A stretch of DNA of 63,978 nucleotides, filler included, from Conidiobolus incongruus B7586 (GCA_000697335.1; 15 parts of 15 records of this genome joined end to end with filler, not necessarily neighbours in it), one strand, 5' to 3'; shown: positions 40,330 through 55,265, counted from the whole stretch's first letter. Notes: generated from the sequence alone by a model not told the origin. Numbers and translations: made by a program.

Positions 40330-40824
40330 TATGTAACTTATATTAAAGTGTCTTAATAATTTTTTAACTCAAATAAAAAAATACTTTTTAATATAATTTT
40401 TCACTTTATTAACAATTAAAAAAATAACAGTTGAAATTAATCTTTTAAATTTTAATAAGTTTTAGGTAATTTCTCTTTTAATTTTAAAGTAATTTACCTA
40501 GTAATAAATTATTAATTTAAATAATACTTCATTACTAAAAGTTGCTTATAAATTTTAAATAATTTTAGAGTGTTTGTGGTTAAGTTTTATTGATACTAAA
40601 ATAAAAGACTTTTAATGGTTATTATTTAGTTTAAGCATAATTAAATTAAATAACCAATTTTAAAAAATAAATTTTTTAATCAAAAAAATTATTATATATA
40701 TATATAATTCAAACCTATTTATTTTCCTATTTGTTTTATATATATTTTTTATTTGAAACTAATAATATGTTTGAAAAATCAGAAATTAGAAAATTTCCCA
40801 TTTCTTTAATATTCTATAGTAATA
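40330..40824 (-). mobile_element. mariner 5' portion
   Basis: Reverse complement matches 8909-9400; ends tttcccatttctttaatattctatagtaata. Confidence 0.85.
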
Positions 40825-41646
40825 TTATAATAAATTAATTTTTTAATTCAGTTGATTGATTTTGATTTTATAATTTATACATTCAACATTAATAATACCT
40901 GGTATTGTTTAGTAATTCATTTATAAGCTTCTAATTTGAATTTTATATCATATCAAGCTTTTAAATTTCAATCTATTTTATAATGTGATTATTTTACTAA
41001 ACTATAACAAAAATAAAATTTGATTAAAAATAATAGTAAGTATTATTACCTATCTATTTAAAATATTTTATAATATAAAATTTGGTACTTATAAGGCTTA
41101 ATTAAATAATATTCTTAATATAAAACTTCAACATATACTTAAATCCAAATGGATTTTATCGAATAAAGCTATTGATTATCTATATTAAATAACTACTAAT
41201 CAATGTTTTAACAGTATTTTAAGAGTATAAATTACAGACTAATTTTGTGATATTCGTTATTTAAATAAATTAAAATAATATAAAAATTAAAATCATGGAA
41301 TAAAGAATAAAGTTTAGTTTATTATCCTACCAGCTAAAAGATATGTTATTTAACAAGAACATTTTGTATAGATATAAAAGGCATGATTATTTATACATTA
41401 ACATATATTCATGGAAAAACATGAAAAATTTTAATTTTAATGCATTTGATGAAAAAAAATAATAATGAAAAATTAACTTGATTAGAAGAATCCCATAATT
41501 GTTAATGAATAAAAGTAAATATAAATGGATATTATTAATTGAAACCTAAAAAAATGAATATACTAAATTATATTTCAATAATAATAAATTATAGAATTAA
41601 TTTTTTTTTATTAAACAAGAGCTTAAACTAATAAATAATTTAAATT

Positions 41647-42695
41647 ATGAATTCAATCATTAAAAATTCAATTAATTATAAGTTGGTTAAATTCAACCAA
41701 TCTCAAGTTAATAAAGCTTTAGTATTATTAAACAGTAGCCAATTTTCTACCTCTACTTCTATCCAAAGTAGACAAAATACACACATTAGATTATTCACCC
41801 ATGATTTTGGTGTTTTCGGTAAATATATATTTATTATTTACATTTTTAATTGATATTAATTTATATTAATAGATTCTTTTATCCCTTTAAATCCTAAAGA
41901 TAAACCTTCAATTTTAACTGAACAAGGTCGTAAAATTGCTAAAAAACATTTTAAAAATTTTGTCGCTTCTACTTTTAGGTAGATATATCATTATTATAAT
42001 ATTTTAAAATATTAATTAATTAATTAATTTTTATAGTATAGCAAATATTAAAATGAAATTAAAGGGTTGGAAACCTAAAGTTTTCGCTAACGAAGCTTTA
42101 GATCTTTATTTGGAAATGAATTCTTCTTATGCTAAGTAATTTTATATTTGATTTTTTTTGAAAAAAAAATTAATTATTAATATTAATTTTTTAGGGGAAA
42201 TACTGACGCTATCGATTATTTATGTACTCCCAATTTAGCTGCTGTAACTTATATTTTTATCTAATGCTTAAATCAATGATTTATTAATTTATTTTAATTT
42301 AATAGACTTTGAAGAAAGATATTAAGAATCGTAAGGATAATTTCCAATGGAGCTTTAAAGATGCTGTAGAACCCCCCAGAGTTATTAATGCTAGAATTGG
42401 TCGTATTGCTGATGGCATGACTTTGGCTCAGGTTACTGTTAGATTCCACACTCTTCAGGTAAATATTGATTAATTAGGTATGATACTTATTATACTAATA
42501 ATTTTCTTTAATAAACAGAGTATGGGAGTTTATAACAAATCAGGAAAATTAATTGCTGGTGACCCCGAGAACTTCCAACCCATTATTGAATATTACGTTT
42601 TCCAAAGAATGGTCTCTAAGCCTAAAGACTCTCACTGGCAACTTTATTCTAAGATTTCTCCCCAATCTGTTGAGGAAATTCTTAAAAATAACTAA
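41647..42695 (+). CDS. MBA1: Mitochondrial Tim44-like domain protein mL45/Mba1 (6 exons)
   Basis: GT-AG spliced product with a presequence-like N-terminus and KVFANEALDLYLEMN, LAQVTVRFHTLQ|SMGVYNKSGKLIAGD...IEYYVFQR...HWQL. Confidence 0.85.
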
Positions 42696-44039
42696 TTGAA
42701 TAAAATATTATTTATATTGCAATATTTTTATTATAGTTGTATTTACTACAAAGCAATATCATTATAATTGACAGTTAAATAATCAATTTTGTTCAAAATG
42801 CTATAGAGTTAATATATACCATTAATTGGGTTTAAAATATTATTCTTTATTTCAGATAAAAATGCTGATCTCTAAAAATAGCTTATTATTTAATATGAAT
42901 AGAATTGAAATTTAAAATTTAATTTTAAGTAATAGGTTATGTTTATTAAAATAATGGTTTAACACCCTAATATATTTAAATGAAATGGAGTTAGAATGTT
43001 CTAGATTCATTAAAACTGAAATTTTCAATAAATATTCAATCAAATATATTTGGAAACATCAATTTTCAAATAACAAGTCTGACAAAGAAAAGAGTTCTTG
43101 TATTTTGATGTATTTGAATAAACAAAAAAATTATATCCAGAAATCAGATAATTTCTTTGTTAAAATTTGAGTCTCAGTTTAAGAAATTTTCAAAGTCATT
43201 CATAATAGACATCTATCTAAATTTAACAAGATATATCGTTTCAAAGAAAACTTGTATTGCATATAATCTCAAATCGTTTTTACTAATCATCGATTGAATA
43301 ATATTGATTTTCACAAGTAATACTGGTTGTAATGATACAAATTGATCTGTATAATAATTTAATATAAAAATTCAAAATTAAACCAAGTACAAATTAAAGG
43401 GCATAGTTTACTCAATTCAAATTGGTTCAATTTCTTGGTGAAGATTTAATATTAAATTCCAATATAGTTTTAAGTTTATAAGTATAAAATATCAGCTAGA
43501 AGGTTGTAAGTTGAATTAATACAATTGGTGTATATATCACAAATAAGATTCCTAAAATGGGGCTAAAATAGCTTACTACACTATAAAAATATATTGTAAT
43601 TAGGTGAGTAAAGATATTTGGTGATTAACTAGTAGTTATTAAAATATTCAACTATAAAATTATATATTAGATTTCAAGATAAATGAATAATACCAGCTTA
43701 ATTTTCATCTGGAAATAATTTCATTATTTGAGTGAGGTTTTTCCAATCGAAATAAATAAAAATAAGATATCCTTCGAATTAAATTCTTCTGATAAATCCT
43801 TCTTGAAGGAACCCTGATGCAACTCTTGAAAACATACAATAACTTGAATTTTCATACTTTCAGTTCATACTTAAAATCACATTTCTATGACTCTTCATGT
43901 AAATTTCTTGAAAATTATATATTTAATAAATGATGATCAAATTCATATAATATGCTCTGGGAATAGAATGACCTAATTCGAAAACGAAAGTAATTGGTAT
44001 GGTATCAATTTAAAATGATATCAAATACATGTGACTAAC

Positions 44040-45073
44040 TTAAGAGCGGGAACGGCTAGGGGGTCTTCTATCATCGCGAGTGTAGCTAGGGCTGCGGTGG
44101 CGACGACGATAGTAAGGACTTGGTGAGCGACGACGACGATAATAAGGACTTGGTGAGCGGCGACTATAATAGTGACGAGGACGTCTGTGGCGATGACCCA
44201 TGTATTCTCCAGGGGTAGGGCTGTGAGCACGTTGAGTGAGAGAGTAGTCAACACGAATGATACGGCCATGAAGTTCCTATTTAAAAAGAGTTAGACCATG
44301 AAAATATTTTTATATCATATCAATAAATTATGTACCACTCCGTTAGTTCTTTCCTTAGCAGCGGTGGCTTCTTCAAGAGAGTCAAAAGAAACGAAAGCAA
44401 AACCACGTGATTGGTCAGACTAAAATAATTTAGTGACTTAAAAGCAAAACTTAAAAATATTTCATACCTTCTTATCGTATACTAAAGAAATATCATTTAA
44501 AGTGGAATATCCAGAGAAGAGTTCTTTCAAGTCTCGTTCTCTAGTATTCAAGTTGAGACCAAAAACACCAATAACCTTGGAAGGAGGAGCTGGTTCCTAA
44601 AATAATAGTCAATTATTTGTGAAAAAAAGTCAAAAATAAATAAAAAAGGTATTTACGTTGCGGTGACGGCCGTGAGGACCTTGAGGATGATATCTACCAC
44701 TATGACCACGATCTCTGTAACTGCGACGGGGACTGCGAGAGCGACTAATAAATCAAAAAAAAAGGTTAATTTGTCTTAACATGTATTTTAAAATATCAAA
44801 TACCTTCTATAACGGTCTCTATAATAAGGACTACGACTACGAGAGCGAGAGCGAGGCGAACGAGAACGAGAACGAGAGCGACGATATTGGTCGCGATAAT
44901 AATCGTCTCTTTCTCCTCTTGGGTCTCTTAAGTCTCTTGGGTCTCTATCTCTAGGAGAGGGAGGAAGGTCATCAACGTGCTGAGGTTTTTCAGACTAATT
45001 TAAGGTTAACAAATTAATAAGATTATAGAAATTTATTAAATTTTACTACTTCAGGGTTGCGATCAGACATCAT
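44040..45073 (-). CDS. TRA2: Transformer-2-like SR splicing factor (RS-RRM-RS, 6 coding exons)
   Basis: RSRSRSRSP repeats. RRM PSKVIGVFGLNLNTRERDL..SRGFAFVSF. Tra2 linker IRVDYSLTQRAHSPTPGEYMG; RRSPSPYY x2. Confidence 0.9.
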
Positions 45074-47947
45074 TTCAGACTACTAAAAGATCTAAGTTAA
45101 AAGTCAGTAAAATTATAAAATACAGTTATTTTATAATAATAATAATAATAATAACTAGGAATTAAATTAATAAAAATAGGAAAATTCTTAATTGAATGAA
45201 AAAAAATCTTGGGAATAAGATTGTAGTATTTTAAAAGAAAAAAAATCATGGAAATTTTTGATATTTTCACTGTGATAAATTGCCAAAAATCTGTGCTGTT
45301 TTTCTATAAAAATATCCCATTTAACATTATTGAATACTGTTATAATATTCGAATATGTTTATCATACAGTGTACTTGAACAAAAATTGAGAAATATAATG
45401 TATATTATTTTAATTGTTAATTATCATACCTAATTCAGAATCAAAGTAAAGCAACTACGTTTTAAACTATTTGTCTTAACTTTGTACTAAAATCTCGCAT
45501 TTACCAAATGCTAAATTAAAGGATTTGAAATTTAATAAACTTATGGGAGAATTTTAATTTCACTAAACTTAAATAGGTTTTTATCAATTAATTGAAAATT
45601 TTTAATTATTATTATTGGATGAATTTTGAATATTGTGTCTCAAATTTCAGGAAATTAATAAATTTCAGGATACATTTAAATTAAACAAAGTATTTATTGA
45701 AATTCTAAGATCCAATTAGAGATTTCATATATTCGTAATTTTAAGTTCACCATAATAATTTTAATATGATAGGTTTATGAATTATATATTGAATTTAATT
45801 ATTATCATTATTTGAACGATATTCAATTATTATTATTATTATAGCTGTTAATTTATTTTAAATTGTAAAAATTTATATATGCAAATGATGATTCAATATG
45901 ATTTGATATCCTTACATATTAATTCATAAAGTTTTTACAAAAGCGTATATAATTTATATTTAAGTAAAATTATATTTGTTATATATAATAGTCAAAATAC
46001 AATTATTTTTGTAATTAAATCTGTGCATTTAATTCAACATATATATAAATTCCATAATCAATAACGATGAATATCGCATTGTTCTAAATAACAAATAATG
46101 TGAAATATTAATCCAAAAATAATCTAAAGTTAATTGGATATGTGGTATTTTATACTATTTAGCCTTATATTAGCATATGAATTAGTTTTAAGAGGATGAA
46201 TTTCATATCTAATAATAAATCTAAATACTGTATCCAGGAATATTAATCTTGGAAATACTTTAGAGAACATCAATATTGCTGAATCAAATATTTAATTTTG
46301 ATTTTTTTTAAATATATTCCAAAATTTATATTTACAAGGAAAATGTACATCAATTTGAATAAAACATGTCATTTTAAGCGAGTAAATATATTTATTTCAT
46401 CACTTGATATATGGTATAATGCTATTGAATGAATAAAAATAAATATTTGTATTTTATAATTGTTTTTTACATGAATTTTCCAAATAGATAAATTCCATTT
46501 GAGTGAGAGATAACACATTGATTCACAGTTATTTTTTGGGTTTCGTTTTATGTTAATCAATATGATATATAATTAAACTTAATAATATTTAGTTCATTAA
46601 TACTAATTTTGATACATATGTATTATAAACAAGAAAATATGTTTTAAATTCCATATTTATCAAACTTTACGGAATATGATATACAATCCAATATCTATTT
46701 TAATTATAATAATTATAGATAACACAATATTTATTCCATTTTAACTCTAATTTAGTCTCTTCAAATGAATTTAATGTAAAATAATTTAATTATATCTTTA
46801 TCATATTTCTTTGAAAATCTAGGGTAATAAAATTAATTTTGTACAAAACCTTTAAAAATTTAAATTCAGTAAATAAATTTATTCAAATTAAAATTAAATT
46901 GAATATATAAATATTTTAATAAACAATTGATTTAAAATTGGTATATTTGATATATTTTTAAAATATTTGGTTATTAATCTAAAATTATATATATAATATT
47001 GTTTGATTAGTGATGTTATTTTTTAAAAAGCTATTACATATTTGAAAAAATAATTTATTAATTATTCAAATAAAATCAATCTTATTATAATAAATTGGTT
47101 TTAATATACTAACTAATTACATACTAAAACTGATATTTGAAAAAAATAATATAATTCATATTAATAATTATTAATAAAGTGATATACCATATTTTTGTTT
47201 GCTTAAAATTAATTTTCACATATAAAAATTTGAAATAATTGAAAATAATAATAGTAAAAATTCAAATACAATTATTATTTAAATTATTAATTTATTTGAT
47301 CAATATAAGAAATATATTTTTTTATTTAATTGTTTTCAATGAGAGGTTTTCCAGAATATTGAAATATGTTTTTTAAATAAATTTGATTAAACATTTTATT
47401 TTATTTTATAATTTATTATATTTTAATAGTTTATATTTTATCTCAAATTTAATAAAATAGGAATTTTTATTTAAATATATTATTAATTTCAAAAAAAAAT
47501 ATAAAAAAATAAATAGAAAGAAATAATTTTAAATCATATATATTATTATATATTTTTTATATAAAAATTAATTTTAAAGTTTATTAAATTTAATTAAATT
47601 TGAAGCATTTATTAATTATCAAGGGTCTTATAATTTAATAATAATAAAATTCAACAATATATGTTTTAAAAATAATTACATTTGATAAAAAACTTATTAA
47701 GATAATATTTTATATAAATTAATTNNNNNNNNNNNNNNNNNNNNNNNNNNNNNNNNNNNNNNNNNNNNTTAATTAATTAANNNNNNNNNNNNNNNNNNNN
47801 NNNNNNNNNNNNNNNNNNNNNNNNATTATTAAAGAATTAATTAAGTCATTTATAAAATCATAAAAAATTTTAATTTTATAACTTATTTTTATAAATTAGT
47901 ATATATATATATATATATATATTATGAAAATTATTAGATATAATATA

Positions 47948-49520
47948 TACACTAGCCTATAAAAATAAGTCATAAAATTAAAATTACTTAAATATTTACC
48001 TATATCTTATATAATTCTTAATTAAATAAATTTAAATAACAATATATAGTTTACCTATATTAATTGATTATAACTAACTTTATTTGATTATATTTCATTA
48101 TCTATTGGTTATTATATCAAAACCTAAAATTTAATTAAGGTGAGTTATAAATTTATGGGTTTATAAGTTAAAGGGATATAAATAACAAAATTTATATATA
48201 TCTTTTTTTTCTTTTATTATATTATATATATTATAAAACTATTAAGCTAATATTTTAAAATTAATATTATAATACTTAAATCTTTTTTTAAAAAAGTTCA
48301 CTTATATATTAATCAACTTCATAATGAAAATAAATCAACTTATAAGATTGCTAGAATTATTAGTGTTAGCTAATCTATTAAAGTTAGGGTTATTAAGAAC
48401 AATGCTAAAAAAACACCTAAACTAAAACTTAAGTATATTAAGATTATAGATAAACATGATGAAAAATATTTTTATAGATTAGTTAGTATAAATAAATATA
48501 ATATCATTATAGAAGTATAACCAGAATTACAAAACTATATAAGAATATTAGTTAGTATTAATACTATTATATATGTTTTATATTAAAATAGATACCACTT
48601 ACATCTTAAGAAAAAACACCCCTAATTAAAGAAGTTTTATTATAAAGCTAGGTAAGAGTTTGAATGTCAATACTAAAGTTAAATTGAAACTAACTAGAGT
48701 AAAGTTATTTAGTCTAATAAAATAAATATATATTTTAATAAATTTAATAAAAAAGCTAGATATTTCAAAAAAGATAAAAAACTATTTTATAACCATTATG
48801 TTATTATAACCTAAAAATATAATAATGGGTTAATTATAGTTTGGGGATATATATTATTTTTAGGTATAAGGTATCTTTATAGGGTTGATGGGGGAATTAA
48901 TACTAAAATATACTAAAGTATTCTAAACAATAAATTAAAAAAATTATTAAGTGATATAGATTAAAAAAATCAAATATTATTTTCTAACAAAATAATACAC
49001 CTTGTTATATTATAAACTCAACTATTAAATGATTTAAAAATAACAAAATAACTATTATAAAAAAGCCTCTTTAATCTCCTAATCTTAACCTAATTAAATA
49101 TCTTTAAGATCAACTAAAAAAATCAATTAAAGTTTTTCTCCTAGCAAAAAATTTAAATCAACTTTAAAAGTATATTCAAGAAGCTTAAAATAATATTAAT
49201 TTTGCTTAATATAAGGAACTAGTTGACTTTATGCCTTGTAAACTTAAATAAGTTAGAAAAGCAAAAGATGGATATACTAGATATTAATTTTTCTATCAAT
49301 ACTAAAACCTACAAATTTATTACTTATTTTAAATATACTTTTAATTTTAATATATCAATTATTAATTAATTAAACTTAACTTTATATATTATATTATAAA
49401 TAAAAAATATATATAAATTACATAATTCAATATAAGTTTATTTAAATTAGAATTGATTAAAATATTAAAAGAAATATATATATATATTTAATTTATGACT
49501 CATTTTTCCAAGCTAATATA
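47948..49520 (+). mobile_element. Tc1-family DD34E transposon, full-length and comparatively well-preserved copy
   Basis: TIRs ta-cactagcctataaaaataagtcataaaat / atttatgactcatttttccaagctaata-ta. Frame from 48272 gives STYKIARII, KVI*SNK (KVIWSDE), KYNNGLIIVWG (KHGGG.IMVWG), *SPNLNLIKYL* (QSPDLNPIE.LW). Confidence 0.92.
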
Positions 49521-49999
49521 TATTTATATATATNNNNNNNNNNNNNNNNNNNNNNNNNNNNNNNNNNNNNNNNNNNNTTAATTAATTAANNNNNNNNNNN
49601 NNNNNNNNNNNNNNNNNNNNNNNNNNNNNNNNNAGTTATATATATATATATAAAATTAGTAATAAAACCAATATAATATAAAAAAAGATATAATTTATTA
49701 ACTATATGATAAATTAATATATTAGTAATTAATGGTAATTTAAATTTTAGAAATAAGTCAATATAAATATATTAAATTATAACCTCGATAGTATCGACAA
49801 AATATAATATTGATAAATATTTACAATATTACAAATTAATATTAGTAATCAAATAATAATAAGCGTTAAAAAGAAAAATAAAAGACAAATTTAATAACAA
49901 AATTATAATTAAGTATAAAATCAATTTAAATATATAAAAATATATATATGAAAATTAATCTTATAATTAAGTAAAAAATAATTTTTTGATAATAATTAT

Positions 50000-51200
50000 T
50001 TCATTATTATTTTAAAATTTATTTTAAATCAAAATAACTTAATAATATCTTATTTTGATTATATAAAATATAACCATCTAGGAAATTTTCAATAAAAAAT
50101 GAATAATTATTAGAAATTTTAAAATATTTTATAAACCAAACAAAAAAATATAGATTTAAATATTATATTATATAATATATCCAATATTGATTTTTTACAA
50201 AATTTTCAAAATAATAATTAATAATAAACAGTTATTAAATTAAATTATTTTTAATTAATTTAATTAATTCAAAATTAAAAATTTAATATAAGAGGATTAC
50301 CATATGAATATTATTTTATATCTATCATTAATAAAAGAAATGAAAATAAAATTAAGAAATATTTTAAATAATATCCTAATATATCAATAAAAAATAGAAT
50401 TATTTTCTATTTAATATCAATTAAAATATTATCTTATTAAAAGATATTTTAACATCAGTTAAAAAATTAAAAATATGGGTAGCTTATTTTTACTAAATAT
50501 CAAATTAATAACAAAAAAGATATAGCTAGTAAAAATTGATGTTATTATAATACTTATAATATAATTTTTTAACAATTAGGATAATAAATAGATTATAGGT
50601 GTTATTTATCATTTATTACTAAGGAATAAAAAAAATACTTGTGTAGAAAAATCAAAGCCAATATTACAAATTCCAAAATAAAAATTATTTAAAAAATATT
50701 ATAATTAAGCAAAAATATTGATATTATAACATTTTGTGAATTATTATGAAAAAAAATAAATTATAATAATTGAATGTATTATAGATTTTTAAAATACTGT
50801 GATAATAAATAGTATTAAAAAATTCAATTCAAATACCATTTATTTTATATAATAATAACTCTTTATATAACAAAAATGATCAAAAATTTGATTATTGAAA
50901 AGAACTGGGGTTTATTACCACATCCACTATATTCACCCGATATGAATTAATGTGGGTATGATTATTTTGGTAAATTAAAGAATTTGATTTGGGCAAGGAT
51001 ATTTGATAAATTTAAACTTTAAAATTTCAAAATCAAAGATTGAATTTGAAGATAAATTATAAAAACCTATGTAAAAGGGTGAAGCAATTATTATTAGTAT
51101 AGAATAATATAATCGAAAAACAAGGAAATTATTAATTATTAATACCATATTATTTTTGCTTTGAATTTTTTTTATTTTACTAAAATAACAATTTGAAATT
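50000..51200 (+). mobile_element. mariner-like remnant of a related subfamily
   Basis: IWVAY at ~50475 and LPHPLYSPDMN*CGYDYFGKLK at ~50915-50980; boundaries uncertain. Confidence 0.65.
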
Positions 51201-51334
51201 GGTGAACTTGCTTTTTGAGCCATTATATATTTAGATATAAATATAATTTAGCACTGGAGTCAAAGTCATATTATGTATCATAATTTTTTAATATTTATAT
51301 TAAATATTGATTCAATTCTATTGTAATTTTAAAT

Positions 51335-52443
51335 TTAAAAAGTTGCAGTACCTCGAAATGCTAGCTTTCCAAAATTATTTTCTACCCAAATTTCTATACT
51401 GTTGGATTTCATATGTCGGAGTAGGATGGTGAAGGGACGATCGCAAAACAGAGGTTGGAATAATCGATAGTCGAAGAATTTCAATTTAGTCCAGTCAAGT
51501 TGGTTAAGTTGCATATATTGAGTTAGGAGTTTGAGACTCAGGGTAGTTGTAAGGGGACCGTGGACTAAGCAATCTACATTTTATTAGAATATTGAATTGT
51601 GGATAATATAATTAAATTACCTGGATAGCCTTCAATGCCCGTAGCATACTTGTAATCGTAGTGAATTTTGTGAGCGTTGAAAGTGAGTGCGGAGTACCTA
51701 AACAGTAGCAAAGTGTTGGGATGTACTTCGACCTTAATGTCTGCAGTTTTCGATTTGGAAGATTTAAATCTTGACTTCTCATGGGCAGGCTGTGAAGGTT
51801 GCTTATACCCAAATTTGATCTGATCTTCAAGACTCAGGAAATAGCACAGAGTTCGATACTCTTTTAGACAGGTGCCGTGATCATTTGTATATTCTTTTAG
51901 CATTTCCACACATGTCATAGGACCTTTAGAAGCGCTCAAAGTATGCTGAATGTTATTGGTCCTCGTAATGAGATCGACTTTTTGACCCACCCTGATTAAG
52001 TTATTGGGATTGAACTCAATTTTGCCTTTAGCCCAAACTCTGTCGACATACGGGCTAGGTGGTGCAAAATCTGGATCGTAACCATCCTTACCTAACTGAG
52101 TCTCTGGTAAATGTGACGGATGGTAAAGTAAATGGTAGTTGGGTTCAATTGGCGTCCCGTTATCGATCAACTTATCTAAAGGTAAGTCATTGAAAGGAAA
52201 AATATCGTGCAATGAAGCATTCAGCAATTGAATTGGACTAGAATTAATCGTATCAGATTGGAACTGTTTTCTATTCCTCAAAATATCCAGCTCCCTTTGA
52301 AAAGCTTCAGAGTTGTGAACCTTTAATAGTTCGGGGTGATAACATTCACTGGAAAATCCTCTGTAACTCCAGTTCTTTAATATTATATCGCTTAATTTAA
52401 ATTTTGAAGGTTTTTTAATTTGATTAAATAAATTAACTAACAT
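51335..52443 (-). CDS. HTD2: Mitochondrial hydroxyacyl-thioester dehydratase HTD2-like (double hot-dog); intron 51574-51620
   Basis: LGKDGYD, RVWAKG, LLFRYSALTFNAHKIHYD..YA...EGYP|DCLVHGPLT; exon 2 is open to TAA at 51335. Confidence 0.88.
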
Positions 52444-53704
52444 TTTTGAAATAATATTAAAATTGACTGTGATATCTAACCTCTAAATAATATCGAATTA
52501 TTAAATTCTAAAATTATGGGATTTAGAAAACAATTATATTTTAATATAAATATTTATTTTTTAATTTTAATCATTGTAAAATACAATTAATTATTAGTTG
52601 ATCATCGTTTGTAACAGTGTAAACTTAAATAAGAAGGACTTTATCATCATTATATAAAGATTTGAATTATCACTTTGTTTTAAATATTGATAATTTAACA
52701 ATTGATCCAAATCAAAACAAATATTATCATTATTTAAAATTTGAAAACTTTAAAAATATTTTAAATTTGGACTATAACTCAATTCAATAGCAATATACTT
52801 ATCGTTTAATGTAGATTCTATCCCTAATTATTCTTAACAATTTACACTCTCAACAATCTCAAATAATTCAATTTAACTAAATAATGTTCAATTTTTCTTC
52901 CTATTTCAAAATATATAATACAATCTAAACCTTTAGGTATAATTAAATATTCCTAATATTGAAATTAACAATTGTAAACAAAATGAATTATTATTCAATA
53001 ATAAATTAAATAATTTATGTTTTCACTTAATATATGTATCTATTAATGAAAATTTATCAATTAGAATCTAAATCTATTCATTTTCATATTCATTTTCATA
53101 TTCATTCTAGGGTCTTGATTGACAATGCTGAGGTCTATATTCCAGAGAGAAACTCATAATAAAAAGTGGTATTTATACTGCATTATAACTATTATTTTAA
53201 GTAATCATTTTTTAGAATTTTTAAAGGGACTCAAATTATAGGATAGGAAAATTCGTTTTATTTATGCACAAAATATCTTTGGACGATATAAAATTTATTT
53301 ACAGAAAATCATATTAATAGGTATAAAGATTGATAAATTGAAATTTAAGTAATAATTGATTTAAAAGCGGAGGTATTTTGAAATGATAGGATATTGATAT
53401 AACATTTTGGAATGTGAAAGGTTTAATTAACTAATTTAGTATCATATTATATTAAATAAAAAAATTTAAAATATTTTTTGAAATATCAATTTACTCAATT
53501 ATTGATGATAATGAATTGTCAAATTAATATTTATGGGATTAACCATAGAGTAAATTATTTGGAGTGAAAGGTCTATTGAAAATGATTAACAAAAATTTTC
53601 CCATAATTTTTTCATATTATTAATAAAATTTAAAAATCTGTAATTGATATGAAAAGAAAAAATCAACTCAATTTATCCAACTTTTTAACAATTATTTATT
53701 AACA

Positions 53705-53917
53705 ATGCATCAAAAATCCTTTAAACCGCACAATGAAGAGGAAGAAGAAGACGAATACGATTTACGAATCAAACGCACTGGATGTTACGACCATCACATC
53801 AAGTTGCAAGACTGCTACTTTGACAAAAAAGATTGGCGTCAGTGTAAAGAAGAGATGGTAAATTTCAAAAAATGTATGGATAATTATCAAAGTCAAAAGG
53901 ATGATAACAAGGAATAA
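53705..53917 (+). CDS. COA4: Cytochrome c oxidase assembly factor 4 (twin CX9C)
   Basis: DEYDLRIKRTGCYDHHIKLQDCYFDKKDWRQCKEEMVNFKKCM. Confidence 0.88.
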   Translation: MHQKSFKPHNEEEEEDEYDLRIKRTGCYDHHIKLQDCYFDKKDWRQCKEEMVNFKKCMDNYQSQKDDNKE

Positions 53918-53984
53918 TTAATAAAAAGCAAATTGAAATTATTTATTAATTTAATTATAAAATCAATAATATGGGAATGATTAG

Positions 53985-55265
53985 TTATTCGGCAGTGTGC
54001 CTGATTAAACTATTGTTATCTCCTAATATTATGAAAGGTCAATTTCTGAATTTCAATAGGAATAATCTGATCAATATCAACCAATAAACGTAAGTGAGTA
54101 CAAACTGTTCGCTATATCTATTGAGCTCAGATTCTTAATTGAACATCCAAATCAAATTCAACAATTCCGAATATGAGAAGAACCAGTCATACTTCATCCT
54201 TGCGATTTTAAATAATTGAGTGTCTGCCAATTTTACATGACATATTCATGTAGTTTTGATATTTTTGGAGCTGTGGAACGTAGTAATTTCGTTATGGAGG
54301 GATTCATCGAAAGCTATCAATGGGGCTTTTGTTGCTGTATAGGAAGCTAAACAATTCAATGCTAATATTTTCAATTGTATAGTATAATTGATATTGGTTA
54401 CACGAGAGTGCAGAACTTGCAAAACCCAAACTTAACTGATATTGACCTAATACAAATTTTTTATTATAAAAGCAATGCGAATAAATTGAATAGCTTAAAA
54501 TATGTCCCTTGCTATTCTCCAAAAACAGAGGCAATACCCTATGTGTTACAAGCGTTATTTCCAATAGGTTTTCATCAATTCTAAAATAACATTGATAAAA
54601 GTATAGATATAAGAGTGATTTTCTTTTTCTCTAAATTTTGCCATTTCAATTTACAAAATCTCTTATCCTCATTAAATGAAGTTGTAGTATTAGTAAGGAT
54701 GGTAAGAATTCCTTATTATTTAAAATTAATATCAGAGTTCAAATAATAGAATAAAAAGGATTACTTTATTGCTGATATCACATTGATTGAATCGTATTTG
54801 TTCTGATAAATATATTAGAACTAAATAAATTTTGAACATTTTTGGATAATTACCATATTAGGGTCTGGAGGTATGATATCCAAAACTGCTACGGTTGTTC
54901 CTTGCAATACAGGTCCTTGGGCTATGGGCTTCACGAGACCTTGAATTCCTAAATATCATTTGTCAATAAAATATATGAATATTAATTAATATATAAATAT
55001 CTTTCATCTCTTGTTAACACTACAATTTGGTCCTTCCAACCCTAATCCAACTTATCACCCGTCTCTCTAAACAACTTAAGTATGCCATCATACGTTAAAA
55101 TTAACACAATAGCTCCATAACAACCGTAAGCTATTCCGGAATTGACATCAAAGCTGAATATGCATTCAAAAAAAATACAGAAAGATGATTAAGATAGTCC
55201 AATGCAGGAAAATAATAGCAAATATTGTCTAAAATTAGTCAATATCTAAAGAATTTTTTTCATTT
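53985..55265 (-). pseudogene. Unidentified multi-exon gene or pseudogene
   Basis: GC-richer exon-like blocks with AT-rich intron-like spacers, e.g. GIQGLVKPIAQGPVLQGTTVAVLDIIPPDPNM|gt. I could not assemble a stop-free frame. Confidence 0.35.

Noticed and set aside
44021..44269. 82-aa hydrophobic ORF
   Set aside because: Wrong frame of the last Tra2 exon.
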